Source: an uncultured Planctomycetaceae bacterium
GTDB lineage: Bacteria > Planctomycetota > Planctomycetia > Pirellulales > PALSA-1355
DNA length: 64,000 bases
Direction of reading: 5' to 3'
Assembly: GCA_963787355.1 (NCBI GenBank)
Contig: CAWBCP010000005.1
Coordinates: 58,032-122,031 of the forward strand
The position numbers and the translations under genes were made by a program. Below are positions 38,338 through 49,590 of this stretch, in pieces. The notes below the pieces were generated by a model that saw only the letters and a program-made list of their open reading frames with translations, did no database searches and was not told where the DNA came from. Positions within the stretch are counted from its first letter, which is position 1. Each line of letters opens with the position of its first letter.

Positions 38338-39828
38338 ATGTTGCGAATCCTGGGCAATCGCAAGCTCCTGTGCGACGGGCTGACCCGCCGCGACCTGCTC
38401 CAGATCGGCGGGCTGGGAGCCTTCGGATTCATGCTCAGTGACTTCTTCGCCGCGCGGCGGCTCGCCGGCGCCGAGCCGGCCGAAGGGCGCGACAAGTTTG
38501 GCCGCGCGAAGTCCTGCATTCTGATCTACAAGTACGGCTCGCCGGCGCAGCATGAAACGTTCGATCCGAAGCCCGATGCCCCCGTCGAGGTGCAGGGCGA
38601 GCTGAAGGCGATTCCCACCAGCGTGCCCGGCATCCACATCGGCGAGCGGCTGCCAAAGATCGCCGCCATCATGGATCGCTTGACCGTGGTTCGCTCGCTC
38701 AACCACCCGTACCCTTTGCACGGCACCGTTTACGCCACGACAGGCATCCCCGAGGTCGACACGAAGATCGAGGCCCAGCCGCGCCACAAGCGGCAGTGGC
38801 CGTACATCGGTTCGATCGTCGATTACCTGGAGGACCGGCGCACCGGCGGCGTCTTGCCCGAGATGCCGCGAAACGTCGCGCTGCCGTTCGTGATGGGATC
38901 GAAGAATCCCTATCCGCCGCTGGCCGGCCCCTACGGCGCGATGCTCGGAATGCGGTACGATCCGGTCTTCACCGATTTCAATCACGAAGGCACCAGGCTC
39001 GCGCCGGAATTGGTGGCTGGCAAGGCCTTCAAAGACCCCTTGCTCGGCATCGAGCCCACGCAGCGACTGGAGTTGAGCGGCGGGCTGCCCGACGCGGAGA
39101 CGATCCAGCGCCTCGGGCTGAGGCGTTCGCTGCTCGAACAGTTCAATCGAATCCGCCGCGACTTCGAGGCCCACGAGCAGGTGGGTACGTATGGGCAGCA
39201 GCAACAAATGGCGCTGTCGCTGCTGACGACAGGCAAGATGCACGATGCCTTGGACTACACGCGCGAATCGCTCGCGCTGCGCGAAGCCTACGGCATGACC
39301 CTGTTCGGGCAATCGTGTCTTGCCGCACGGCGCTTGATCGAAGCCGGCTCGAAATTCGTCACCGTCTTCTGGGATGCCTACGGGCTCAATGCCGGGTCGT
39401 GGGACACGCACCACAATCATTTCGGCCGGCTGAAAGAGTTCTTGCTGCCCGTCTTCGACCAGGCCTTTAGCGCTCTCATCCTGGACCTCGAGCAGCGGGG
39501 CTTGCTGGACGAGACGCTGGTGCTGGTGCTGAGTGAGCACGGCCGAACGCCGCAAATCGATTCCAAGCCGAAGGGCGCCGGCCGCGGTCATTGGTCGCGT
39601 GCCTATTGTCAGGTGTATGCCGGGGGCGGGATGGGCCAGGGAAACCTCGTCGGCCGCACCGACAAGATTGCCGGCGACGTTGTCGACACGCCGATCTCGC
39701 CAAAGGACATCCTGGCCACGGCCTTTTACCTGCTCGGCGTGGATCCGGACACGACGTTCCCCGATCCCCAGGGCCGGCCCTTGCCGGTCACCGGCACCGG
39801 CACGCTCCGCCGGGAGTTGCTGGGTTGA
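38338..39828 (+). CDS. DUF1501 domain protein (Tat signal), intact
   Basis: Tat signal RRDLLQIGGLGAFGFM; conserved ...SWDTHHNHF...EHGRTPQID...GRGHW...; uninterrupted frame. Confidence 0.8.
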   Translation: MLRILGNRKLLCDGLTRRDLLQIGGLGAFGFMLSDFFAARRLAGAEPAEGRDKFGRAKSCILIYKYGSPAQHETFDPKPDAPVEVQGELKAIPTSVPGIHIGERLPKIAAIMDRLTVVRSLNHPYPLHGTVYATTGIPEVDTKIEAQPRHKRQWPYIGSIVDYLEDRRTGGVLPEMPRNVALPFVMGSKNPYPPLAGPYGAMLGMRYDPVFTDFNHEGTRLAPELVAGKAFKDPLLGIEPTQRLELSGGLPDAETIQRLGLRRSLLEQFNRIRRDFEAHEQVGTYGQQQQMALSLLTTGKMHDALDYTRESLALREAYGMTLFGQSCLAARRLIEAGSKFVTVFWDAYGLNAGSWDTHHNHFGRLKEFLLPVFDQAFSALILDLEQRGLLDETLVLVLSEHGRTPQIDSKPKGAGRGHWSRAYCQVYAGGGMGQGNLVGRTDKIAGDVVDTPISPKDILATAFYLLGVDPDTTFPDPQGRPLPVTGTGTLRRELLG

Positions 39829-40310
39829 ATCGTCGGGGCCCCGTAGGCGCCATCGCAACCACCACCCCTCGCGGCGAGGCCCCCGACGCATCCTGGCGGC
39901 CTTGCGCCTGGCGCCTCGATGCTGGGCATGAATGGCCCGGAGGCGCGGAGCGTGCCGGATTTGACGCAGGCTCTTCACGTGCAGGGTCGGCTCGATAAAA
40001 TGGGTTGCTTTCCAGGCGTTCGCTGCCGGCGCTTGGCGATCCAGCCGCTGAAAAGGCTATATTTGCCCCCGCTTGGCGACGCCCCCCGAAAATACGAGTC
40101 AACGTGCCAGCCGATACCGGCACTAAGTTCAACAAGGATCGCCTTGGCCCGTTTCCGCGTTGCGCCCAATCGGGGGCCAAAACGATCGGCAGCGGCCGAC
40201 AGTTCACCAAAGATGCACTAGTCTTGAGGAACGTGAGACGCGAGGTCGCCCTGGGGGCACTGCCAGGAAGATCGTAGCCGGGCTCGCCTGGCGGACGAGC
40301 TCGCTGGTGC

Positions 40311-41408
40311 GTGGGGAGAACAGTCAGACACCTTATGGCAAGACATCGTCGGAAGCACGCCCCCCGCGGCAAGACAACAAACCGTCGCCGGAGCAGCGAG
40401 CCAGCCTGGGCCACATTGCCGGACAACGAGCTGCTCGCCTGGCGGTTGTGCGACTTGGGATTGGATATCGAGGGGTCGATCCTCGAAGAGCGGATCGAAC
40501 GGCTGTACGACGAGCTGGAATACCGCGGCCTGCGCTTCCGCCCGCATTACTGGCTGGCGGACGAATGGTTCTCTCCGGACGGTGTGCCGGGAATCGCGAT
40601 TCCCTTCTATCTGGCCCACCCGCGGCTGGCTGCGCTGGAGCGCAAGCAAATGCTCGAAGTCGAAGGAGGAACCGAAGACTGGTGCCTGCAGATTCTGCGG
40701 CACGAGGCGGGGCACGCCTTCGACACGGCGTATCGATTGCACCGCCGCGAGCGGTATCGCAAGATTTTCGGCAAGTACACCGCACCTTATCCCGACAACT
40801 ATCGTCCCCGGCCTTACAGCAAGAACTACGTAGTGCACCTCGAGCCCTACTACGCCCAGCGCACCCGGCCGAGGACTTTGCCGAGACGTTCGCCGTGTGG
40901 CTCAAGCCGCGTTCGAAGTGGCGCGCGCAGCTACGGCCAGTGGCCGGTGATCAAGAAGCTTGAGTACGTTGCGGCGTTGATGGAGGAAATTGCCGAGGCC
41001 AAGCCGCTGGTCGCCTCGCGCGAGCACGTCGATTCGGTGCGGACGTTGCGGATCACGTTGGGCGAGCATTACGCCAAGAAGCGCGAGCTGTACGGCATCA
41101 ATCTGCCCAATTTGTACGACGAGCATTTGCGCAAGCTGTTTTCCGACGCGGCCGAGTATGCCACGCAGCCGTCGGCGGCCGCGTTCCTGCGGCGCAATCG
41201 GGCTGACTTGAGAAAACTGGTCGCCCGCTGGACGGGCGAGTATCAATACATTATCGATCAGGTGCTCGAGGAAATGATCGACCGCTGCCGCGAGTTGAAC
41301 TTGCGGCTCGATCGCCCCGTCGACCAGACGCAGCGCGACGCGCTGGTGCTGGTGACCGTCCAAACCATGAACTACTTGCACGGCGGCTATCATCGGGTAT
41401 CGCTTTGA
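40311..41408 (+). CDS. putative zinc-dependent metallopeptidase (HEAGHAFD motif; Mx/DUF-type, typically partnered with an ATP-grasp), with internal frameshifts ~40.86-40.93 kb
   Basis: HExxH within LQILRHEAGHAFDTAY; the conserved segment HPAEDFAETFAVWLKPRSKW is present only in the alternative frame (ORF 40160..40963). Confidence 0.6.
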   Translation: MGRTVRHLMARHRRKHAPRGKTTNRRRSSEPAWATLPDNELLAWRLCDLGLDIEGSILEERIERLYDELEYRGLRFRPHYWLADEWFSPDGVPGIAIPFYLAHPRLAALERKQMLEVEGGTEDWCLQILRHEAGHAFDTAYRLHRRERYRKIFGKYTAPYPDNYRPRPYSKNYVVHLEPYYAQRTRPRTLPRRSPCGSSRVRSGARSYGQWPVIKKLEYVAALMEEIAEAKPLVASREHVDSVRTLRITLGEHYAKKRELYGINLPNLYDEHLRKLFSDAAEYATQPSAAAFLRRNRADLRKLVARWTGEYQYIIDQVLEEMIDRCRELNLRLDRPVDQTQRDALVLVTVQTMNYLHGGYHRVSL

Positions 41409-42466
41409 CCAAAACAAAAGCCAAGCATCTCAAAGTGAAGAAGCTGCGAGTCGTCGTGCTGGTGCACGAGGATCTCGTGCCACCCGAGTCGATGGAGGGC
41501 TACAGCGACAAGCAGATCCTGGAATGGAAATCCGAATACGACGTCATCACCACGCTGAAGGAGCTGGGTCACGAAGTGCGGGTGCTTGGCGTGTGGGACG
41601 ACTTGAGCAAGATCCGCAAGGAAATCGAGGAATGGAAGCCCCACATTGCCTTCAACATGCTCGAGGAATTCCACGGCATCGCCGTCTACGACCAGCACGT
41701 CGTCAGCTACCTCGAGCTGTTGCGGCAACCCTACACCGGCTGCAACCCGCGCGGGTTGCTGCTGGCGCACGACAAGGCGCTGTGCAAGCAGATTCTGGCC
41801 TACCACCGCATTCTGACGCCCAAGTTTCTGGTCTGTCCGCTCAAGCGGACCGTCAAGCCCACGCGGCGGCTGAACTATCCGCTGGTCGTCAAGAGCGTCA
41901 GCGAGGAGGCCTCGCTGGGCCTCTCGCAAGCCTCGATCGTCACCAACGACGAGAAGCTGAAAGACCGCGTCGAGTTCGTCCACCAGCACATCCAATCCGA
42001 CGCGCTGGTCGAAGAGTACATCGAAGGCCGAGAACTCTACGTCGGCATCCTCGGCAACCAGCGCCTGCGGACTTTTCCCATCTGGGAACTGCAGTTCACC
42101 AAGAGCGGCGACAACGTGCCGTTGATCGCCACGGCCAAGGTGAAGTGGGACGTCAAATATCAAAAGAAAATCGGCGTCGAAACCAGCGCCGCCAAAGACC
42201 TGCCCGACGGTGCCGCGTCGGCGATCGTCAAACAGTGCGTGCGCGCGTACCGCGCCCTGTTCCTGACCGGCTATGCCCGCATCGATCTGCGGATGGGCGA
42301 GGACGGCCGAGCTTACGTGCTCGAAGCCAACCCCAACCCGAACCTCGCCTACGGCGAGGACTTCGCCGAGTCGGCCGAGGCCGCTGGCGTGAGCTACGAA
42401 GCTCTGTTGCACCGCATCGTGACCTTGGGCCGCAGCTACAAGGCCGCCTGGCGCGCCGACACGTGA
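41405..42466 (+). CDS. ATP-grasp domain protein, D-alanine--D-alanine ligase / RimK-like family
   Basis: ATG overlaps the upstream stop (ATGA). The ATP-grasp fold is signalled by ...LVVKSVSEEASLGLSQASIV..., EEYIEGRELYVGILGN and ...YARIDLRMGEDGRAYVLEANPNP. Confidence 0.75.
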   Translation: MTKTKAKHLKVKKLRVVVLVHEDLVPPESMEGYSDKQILEWKSEYDVITTLKELGHEVRVLGVWDDLSKIRKEIEEWKPHIAFNMLEEFHGIAVYDQHVVSYLELLRQPYTGCNPRGLLLAHDKALCKQILAYHRILTPKFLVCPLKRTVKPTRRLNYPLVVKSVSEEASLGLSQASIVTNDEKLKDRVEFVHQHIQSDALVEEYIEGRELYVGILGNQRLRTFPIWELQFTKSGDNVPLIATAKVKWDVKYQKKIGVETSAAKDLPDGAASAIVKQCVRAYRALFLTGYARIDLRMGEDGRAYVLEANPNPNLAYGEDFAESAEAAGVSYEALLHRIVTLGRSYKAAWRADT

Positions 42467-42580
42467 ATCGCTCCCGGCAGGCCCCCCGGCTCGCGGATGC
42501 CCATTCTGTTGACTCCCCTGGCAATGCGCCCTCACAATGGCTTGAGGGGCAGGCGAGTATCATGACCGAGGTTTCCTCTC

Positions 42581-43077
42581 ATGAAGTTGCGGTGCTCGGT
42601 CGCGCGAGTTGGCCTGCTGGCCGCTGTCTGCCTTGCTCCCGCCGTGCTGTTGGCGGACGGGTCCGATAGCCAGCCTTCGCCCCAGAATCTCGTGCGCGCG
42701 GCACTGCGCACGGAGTTGGCCGGGCCATCCGATTCGCGCAAGTCGCTGCTGAACCAGGCCCTCAAGATCGATCCCGGTTTCAAGCCCGCGCTTTGGCAGT
42801 CGGGTCGCGTGCGCTGGGACGACCAGTGGCTTACGCTGGAGCAGGCCGCCCGCCAGGCCGACGAGGATCCGACCTGGGCAGCGTATCGCAAGCTGCGCGA
42901 CGAAATGATCGACTCGGCCGACGGCCACCGGAAGCGCCTGCGGCGAAGCCTACAATCTGGTGGTCGTCGATTTCGACACCTACTTCGTCGGCGACAAGCG
43001 AATTCTGGTCCACGACAACCAGCCGCTGGCCGAAACCGCGGCCGCGGTGCCCGGCCTGAACAAGCAGGAAGCGAACT
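42581..43077 (+). CDS. secreted hypothetical protein; C-terminal part continues in +1 frame with a Hint-domain-like terminal motif (speculative)
   Basis: Signal peptide [27 protein letters not shown]; after ~42950 the +1 frame reads ...[25 protein letters not shown]..., reminiscent of a Hint C-terminal block. Confidence 0.35.
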
Positions 43078-43167
43078 GAAGCGGCCATTCGCGCATCCAG
43101 GAGATCGACGCTCGCGAGTGAAGCGGCTCGGCATGCGACTCGCAACCGTGCCAGCGCGTGGCCAGTC

Positions 43168-44605
43168 TAGGCGATGATCTCCCGCACGACGCGGCCCTTC
43201 ACGTCGGTCAGGCGAAACTGCCGGCCCTGGTAGCGGAACGTCAGCCGCTCGTGGTCGATGCCCATCAGGTGCAACAGCGTGGCGTTGAAGTCGTGGACGT
43301 GTACCGGGTTCTCGGCGATGTGATAGCCGAGCTCGTCGGTCTGGCCGTAGCACGTGCCGCCCTTGGTTCCGCCGCCGGCAACCCACGCGCGTAAACGCGT
43401 CCTTGTGGTGGTCGCGGCCGATTTTGGTGCCCTCGCCGTTGCCGTTGGTGCCCTGTCCGAACGGGGTGCGGCCGAATTCGGCGGACCAGACCACCAGCGT
43501 CTCGTCGAGCAATCCGCGCTGGCGAAGGTCGCGAACGAGCGCCGCGATCGGCCGGTCGACCTGATTCGTTTTTTCCGCCAGTTGTGCGAAGACGCTGCTG
43601 TGCGTGTCCCAGCCCTCGTCGAACAGTTGCACGAAGCGCACGCCCCGCTCGACCAGCCGCCTGGCCAGCAGGCAGTTGTTGGAAAAGCTGACTTTGCCGG
43701 GCGCGGTGCCGTACATTTCGTGAATGCTCGGCGGCTCGGACGAGATGTCCATCAAATCCGGCACGCTGGTCTGCATGCGATAGGCCAGTTCGTACTGGGC
43801 GATTCGCGTGGCGATCTCCGGATCGCCCACGTCGGCCAGCTGCGCCTGGTTCAACTGGTTGACCGCCTCGACGATCCGCTTGCCGCGACGGCGGGCCAAT
43901 GCCCGCGGGATTCGACAAAAACAGCACGGGGTCGCCCTTGCTGCGGAACTCGACGCCCTGGTAGGTAGTCGGCAGGAAGCCGCTGCCCCAGGCCGGGCTG
44001 CCGGCGCCCAGCACTTTGCCGGTGATCAACACCACGAAGCCCGGCAGGTCCTGGTTGGGCGTGCCCAGGCCATAATTCAGCCACGAGCCGATGCTCGGCC
44101 GCCCAAACCGGCCAAAGCCGGTGAGCATGAACATCTGTGCCGGACCGTGATTGAACTCGTCGGTGTGCAGCGACTTGATCAACGTCAACTCATCGGCGAC
44201 GGTTTGCAAGTGCGGCAACAGGTTGGAAATCGGCAAACCGGAGGCGCCGCTGGGCGTGAACTGGTGTTGCTTGTCGGCTGGGGTTCCCAGCAGAGTCGGC
44301 AGCTCGCGCACGAAGGCGAACTTGCCCGACTCGAACAACTCGCGAGGGCAGTCCTGGCCGCTGCGCTTTTGCAGCTCGGGCTTGAGGTCGAACAAATCGA
44401 GGTGCGACGGGCCGCCGACCAGGTGGATGTAAATGACGCTCTTGGCCTTGGCTGCGAAATGTGGCTGCTTGGGTGCCAATGTGCCGTCGCCCTCCGCGGC
44501 GGCTGCGTCCCGCTCTAGCAATTGCGCCAACGCGAACCCGCCCAGCCCCAGGCCGACCTTCTGAAACAAGGCACGGCGGCCAATCGTGGTGGAGTGCGGG
44601 TCCAT
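43168..44605 (-). pseudogene. DUF1501 domain protein with at least two frameshifts
   Basis: The N-part (44605 frame: Tat-like signal ...[19 protein letters not shown]...) runs to ~43900. The middle (...EGWDTHSS...[12 protein letters not shown]...DHHKDAFT) is in a second frame and the end (...[10 protein letters not shown]...[32 protein letters not shown]...REIIA*) in a third. Confidence 0.7.
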
Positions 44606-44677
44606 GATGTGAGTTCGCCAGACGTCGTCTGTTTGCTACCGATTGCCAGGAATGTTCGCGTGGTGATCGAAACGTGC

Positions 44678-47219
44678 TACGGCGTCATCGTTTCGTCCAG
44701 GTTCAACAGCACGTTCGCCACGGCGCACCAGGCCGCCAGCTCCGCCCTGTCGTGCGTCATCAATTTCATCTTCGGAATCGCCGGCCGGGTGCGGGCCTCG
44801 CTCAGCGTTTCGCTCGCCGCCATGGCGTCGCGTTCATCAGCCAGCAGTTTCGCCAGCAGATCGATCTCCTGCCGCGTGCCGCGCTGCGCGACGGCCAGGC
44901 GAATGGCATAGTCGATTCGCGACGCGTCCGTCGGCTCCGGCGCCCGTCAACACCCGATCGGCCAGCGCCAGGGCCATCTCGGCGTAAGCCGGATCGTTGA
45001 GCAGCGTCAAAGCCTGCAGCGGCGTGTTCGTTCTCGGCCGGTTCACCGTGCAACTGCCGCGGTCGGGAGCGTCGAAATTCGTGAAGCTCGGATACGGCGC
45101 GGCACGCTTCCAGACAACGTACACCCCGCGGCGAAACCGGCTGGCGTCCTGGGCCGCTTGCCACTTCGGCTGGTTGCGGCCAATGCTCCGCCAGAAGTCT
45201 TCAGGCTGATACGGCATCACCGGTGGGCCATACATCTCGTCCGAAAGCAGCCCGCTGATGGCCAGCGCGTTGTCGCGCACCAGTTCGGCCGGCAGTCGGA
45301 AACGCGGGCCGCGGGCCAGCAGCCGGTTATCCGGGTCGGCTTCCAACAGCTCGGGTGTGGTCCGCGGCTTTGCCGGTAGGTTGCCGAAGTGACGATCAGC
45401 TTGTGAACGTGCTTCATCGACCAGCCCGAGTCGATCAATTCGGCCGCCAGCCAGTCGAGCAATTGCGGATGGCTGGGAAACTCGCCCTCGCGCCGAAATC
45501 TTCGGGCGTGCTGACGATCGCCGTGCCGAACAGCTCGCCCCACCAGCGATTGACGGCGACGCGCGCCAGCAGGGGATTCTGGGGCGAGGCCAGCCAGCGA
45601 GCCAATTCGAGCCGATCGCCCCTGGGCTCGATGCCTCGCGGCGGCGGCAGCGCCGCGGGCGTGGCGGGGGCGACTTCTTCGCCGGGCCGGTCGTAATCGC
45701 CACGCACCAACACGAAAGTCTCGCGCGGCTTGTCCATTTCGACCATCACCAGCGTCGTGTCGGGCTTTAGCGGGCTGGCCTCTTTCGTGGCGCGTGCAAT
45801 CTGCTTGTCGAGTCGAGCGAACTCCGGGTTGCGCACGTCGAACGCGGCACGCAGCCTCTTGGTTTCTTCCGCATCGCGCGTTTCCTTCGACGCCAGGTCG
45901 ACAGTCACCTCGTCGGACTCGTTGCTCTCGCGCATCGATTCCCGCCAATGCTCGAAGTCCTGCTGGCTGGCATTGGCCGCTTCCGCGCGTCGTAACTTGA
46001 GCGCGGCCAGCTTCGCCTCGAGCGCGGCGTAGCGGCGCTCGGCCGCCGCGCCGCGCGGCAGCTCCATCGTGGGCCCGTAAAAGTCCCACGTCACGCCCGC
46101 GGTGTTCTTCACCTCCAACGGCGTGTTGTTGAAGTAGGCGAACATTCGGTAGTAGTCTTTTTGCGTGAACGGGTCGTACTTGTGATCGTGACACTGGGCG
46201 CATTCGAGCGTGGTGCCCAGAAAGACCGTGGCGGTCGTGTTGACGCGGTCGACGACCTGGTTCACGCGGTTGGCTTCCGGATGGACGCCGGCCTCGACGT
46301 TGCAGGTCGTCATGCGATGAAAGCCGGTGGCGATCTTCTGGTCGATCGTGGCATTCAGGAGCAAGTCGCCGGCAATCTGGTCGATCACGAATTGATCGAA
46401 CGGCATGTCCGCGTTGAACGCGCGAATCAGCCAGTCGCGATAGGCCCAATTGTCGCGGATCTGATCCGCCTGGTACCCGTTGCTGTCGGCGTAGCGAGCC
46501 AGGTCGAGCCACGGCAGCGGCCCACCGCTCGCCGTAGTGCTGGGAGGCGAGCAGCCGGTCGACCACTCTCTCGTAAGCGTCCGGCGACGCGTCGTTGACG
46601 AACCGTTCGACTTCTTCGGGCGTCGGTGGCAGCCCGACCAGCGCCAGCGATACGCGCCGAATCAATCGCGCCGATCGGCCGGCGGCGAAGGCTCGAGCCC
46701 CGCGTGCTTCAAGCGGCGAAGAATGAAATGGTCGATCGGCGCGGCCTCGGCAACCGGTTGCGCGAGCTCGGGCACTCGGGGGCGCACGATCGGGCGATAG
46801 GCCCAGTGCGTCGGCTCGGCCAGTTCGTCGGGCCACGGTGCTCCCTCGTCGATCCACCGTCGCAACGTCTCGATTTCACGCTCGGCCAGCCGCCGCCCAT
46901 CGAGCGGCATCAAATCGCCGCACGATTCGTCGGTCAGCCGCTTGATGAGCAGGCTGTCGAGCGGACGATGCTTGACGACGATCGGCTCGCCGGAATCGGC
47001 CCGGCCATATACCGACTCGCGGCAGTCGAGCTGCAGGGAGGCCTCCTGCTTTTTCGGCCCATGACAGCGAAAGCAATTGCGGCGCAGGATCGGCTGCACG
47101 TCGTACACGAAATCAATCGCGTGCGGCGAGCTTGATTCAGGATCTGCCGCCCGCGAGTTATTCGAGATGCCCGCCGCGAGCAGGCCGGCCACGACGAAAG
47201 CAAGCGAAACGGTCTTCAT
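44678..47219 (-). pseudogene. PSCyt1/DUF1549/DUF1553 (planctomycete cytochrome-c-domain) protein with at least four frameshifts
   Basis: ATG 47219; signal peptide; CxxCH-like CFRCHG. DUF1549 ([19 protein letters not shown]...YGERWA) and DUF1553 (...[31 protein letters not shown]...) are spread over four frames. The true C-terminus ...RAELAAWCAVANVLLNLDETMTP* ends at 44678. Confidence 0.7.
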
Positions 47220-47429
47220 TGCGAGCAAGTCGCGGGGGGAGGGTGAGCCGGGCGCGAAGCCGTGGAACCGCCAGATGGAATCGATCTTACCGCCGCGCCG
47301 GGCGACCTGCAATCGGACGTCCGCGAGCGGACTTCGCCCCAGCGGAGACCAGCGAATCGGGCCAAAAGTCGACTGCCCCGCGCACCATTGGTACACTCCA
47401 ACACATGACTTCGTCCGTCTTCGAGGAGC

Positions 47430-48650
47430 TTGAGAATGTATCGCCTGATTGCCCTGCTGGTCGTCGCGGTCCTGGCGGCCGCTGTCTCGTCGAGCTTGCC
47501 CCGCGGAGCCGCCTATCAGCCGCAGGCCGCCTTGCCTGGGTCGCTGGCGGTGGTCGATGCCAGCCGGTTCCCGACCATCCAGGCGGCGCTCGACGCCGTG
47601 CCCAAGCAAGGCGGCATCGTGCGACTGCCGCCCGGCACGTTCGAAATCAGCCAACCGCTGCGCATCCGCGGCGACGACATCTGCCTCGAAGGCTGCGGCA
47701 CGGCCACGCACATCAAGAACACGAACGCCGCCGGCCAGCCCGCGATCGTGCTCGCCCATCCTGAACATCCGCTTGCCGGCAACGACCAGAAACACGAGCT
47801 GTGGCGCATCCGCCTGGCCAATTTCCGCCTCACGGGCAACGAGCGCAGCGGACCGGGCATCGTTGCCCACAACGTCAACGAGATCTTCCTGCACGGCGTC
47901 ACGGTCAGCTACCACGGCGGCGACGGCATTCTCCTCAGCTATTGCTACGAGGATCCGAGGGTGTGCGAGTCGCTGATTACCTACAACAAGGGGACGGGGC
48001 TCAACCTGCAAGGATGTCACGACATCGTCGTCTCGGCCAACCAGTTCGAGGAGAACCAGGACGCGCTGCACTGCTTCGACGGCTTCAATCTGTGCATGAC
48101 CGGCAATTGCCTCGACGATCATCTCGGCGGCGGCGTGCTCATCGAGAACACCTATGGCAGCGTGGTGTCGGGCAACATGATCGAAGAGTGCGCTGGCGCG
48201 GCCATCGCGCTCGACCGCGACTGCTACGGCATCACGATTTCGGCCAACGTGATCGCGCACAACGGGGCCGGCATCGACCTGCGCGACGCCCACGGCTGCG
48301 CCGTATCGGCCAATACGCTGACGATCATCAAACGCGACGCGTTGCGCGTCGGCCCGGCGAGCGGCCGCATCGCCGTCAGCGGCAACGCAGTTTCCAGCAG
48401 CTACATCGGCCAGGGACGCGACAAACGGGCCCAGGACGACCGCACGGCCGCCGGTGTCGTGCTCGACGCCGCCTCGGGAGTGCTGCTGGACGGGAATGTC
48501 TTCAGCGGCGTCGACGCGCAAGCCATCGAGCTCACGGGTGGCGCCGAGAAGTCGTCGGTGATTTCCAACAACCTGTTGATCGACGCCAGGCCAGGCGTGC
48601 CGACCGTCAAGCCATCCGGGCCGATCAAAGAACTCAACTACGCCCCATAG
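47430..48650 (+). CDS. right-handed parallel beta-helix repeat protein (pectate-lyase fold/NosD-like), secreted
   Basis: Signal peptide MRMYRLIALLVVAVLAAAVSSS; repeated G/N-rich beta-helix turns (...SGN.I..N...GI.L...). Confidence 0.65.
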   Translation: MRMYRLIALLVVAVLAAAVSSSLPRGAAYQPQAALPGSLAVVDASRFPTIQAALDAVPKQGGIVRLPPGTFEISQPLRIRGDDICLEGCGTATHIKNTNAAGQPAIVLAHPEHPLAGNDQKHELWRIRLANFRLTGNERSGPGIVAHNVNEIFLHGVTVSYHGGDGILLSYCYEDPRVCESLITYNKGTGLNLQGCHDIVVSANQFEENQDALHCFDGFNLCMTGNCLDDHLGGGVLIENTYGSVVSGNMIEECAGAAIALDRDCYGITISANVIAHNGAGIDLRDAHGCAVSANTLTIIKRDALRVGPASGRIAVSGNAVSSSYIGQGRDKRAQDDRTAAGVVLDAASGVLLDGNVFSGVDAQAIELTGGAEKSSVISNNLLIDARPGVPTVKPSGPIKELNYAP

Positions 48651-48672
48651 CGCCTCGCGCGAGGATTAGATC

Positions 48673-49590
48673 ATGCCGTCGCGACAAGTCTACCTGTCGG
48701 GCCAGATGGTGCCCGAAGCGGATGCCAAGATCTCGATCTTCGACAGCGCCGTGCTGCTGGGCGACACCGTGACCGAGTCGACCCGCACGTTCGGCCACAA
48801 GCCATTCAAGCTCGAAGGCCACGTCGACCGCCTGTTCAAGTCGCTCAAAGTGACCCGCATCGATCCGGGCTGCGACGCGACGGCGATGGTGCGCATCTCT
48901 CGCGAAGTCGTCGAGGCCAACCTGCCCTGCTATCGCGCGCACGAGGACTGCTGGCTGGTGCACAATATCTCGCGCGGCACGAGCGTCGCGGGCCCCGACC
49001 CCACGATCCAGCGCGGGCCAGCGACCGTGATGATCTACACGCTGCCGATGGACCTGCGCGGCTGGGCCGCCTTCTACCAGCGCGGCTGCCACGCCGTGAC
49101 GGCGATGAGCCGCATCATCCCCTCGCAATCGCTCGACGCGCGGATCAAGAACCGCAGCCGCATGGCCTACACGCTGGCCGAGATGGAAGTCAAGCTCGTC
49201 GATCCCGAGGCCCAGGGCATCCTGCTCGACATCCACGGCAACGTGGCGGAGAACAAAGGCGGCAACGTGTTCCTGGTCGCCGACGGCCAATTGAAAACGC
49301 CCGACCCGTCGAACTGCCTGGCCGGCATCAGCCGCGAAACCGTGCTCGAACTGGCGGCCGGGCTGGGCATCCCCGCCTGCGAAACGCGATTGCAACCCTA
49401 CGACTTGTACACCGCCGACGAAATCTTCTTCACCAGCACGCCCTACTCGATCATGCCCGCCACGAAATTCAACGGGCTGCCGGTCGGCGACGGCACGATC
49501 GGCCCCATCACGCGGCAATTGCTGGCCGCCTGGAGCGAACTGGTCGGCATCGACATCGTCGCCCAGGCCTTGGATCAACTGGCGGCGTGA
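48673..49590 (+). CDS. class IV (branched-chain/D-amino-acid) aminotransferase family protein
   Basis: 305-aa fold-type IV PLP enzyme pattern (…EGHVDRL...RISREVVEANL...NVFLVADGQLKTP...GISRETVLELA...). Confidence 0.65.
   Translation: MPSRQVYLSGQMVPEADAKISIFDSAVLLGDTVTESTRTFGHKPFKLEGHVDRLFKSLKVTRIDPGCDATAMVRISREVVEANLPCYRAHEDCWLVHNISRGTSVAGPDPTIQRGPATVMIYTLPMDLRGWAAFYQRGCHAVTAMSRIIPSQSLDARIKNRSRMAYTLAEMEVKLVDPEAQGILLDIHGNVAENKGGNVFLVADGQLKTPDPSNCLAGISRETVLELAAGLGIPACETRLQPYDLYTADEIFFTSTPYSIMPATKFNGLPVGDGTIGPITRQLLAAWSELVGIDIVAQALDQLAA

Noticed and set aside
38266-39978. 570-aa minus-strand ORF opposite the intact DUF1501 gene
   Set aside because: Antisense artefact; no motifs, extreme Arg/Gly/Ala content.
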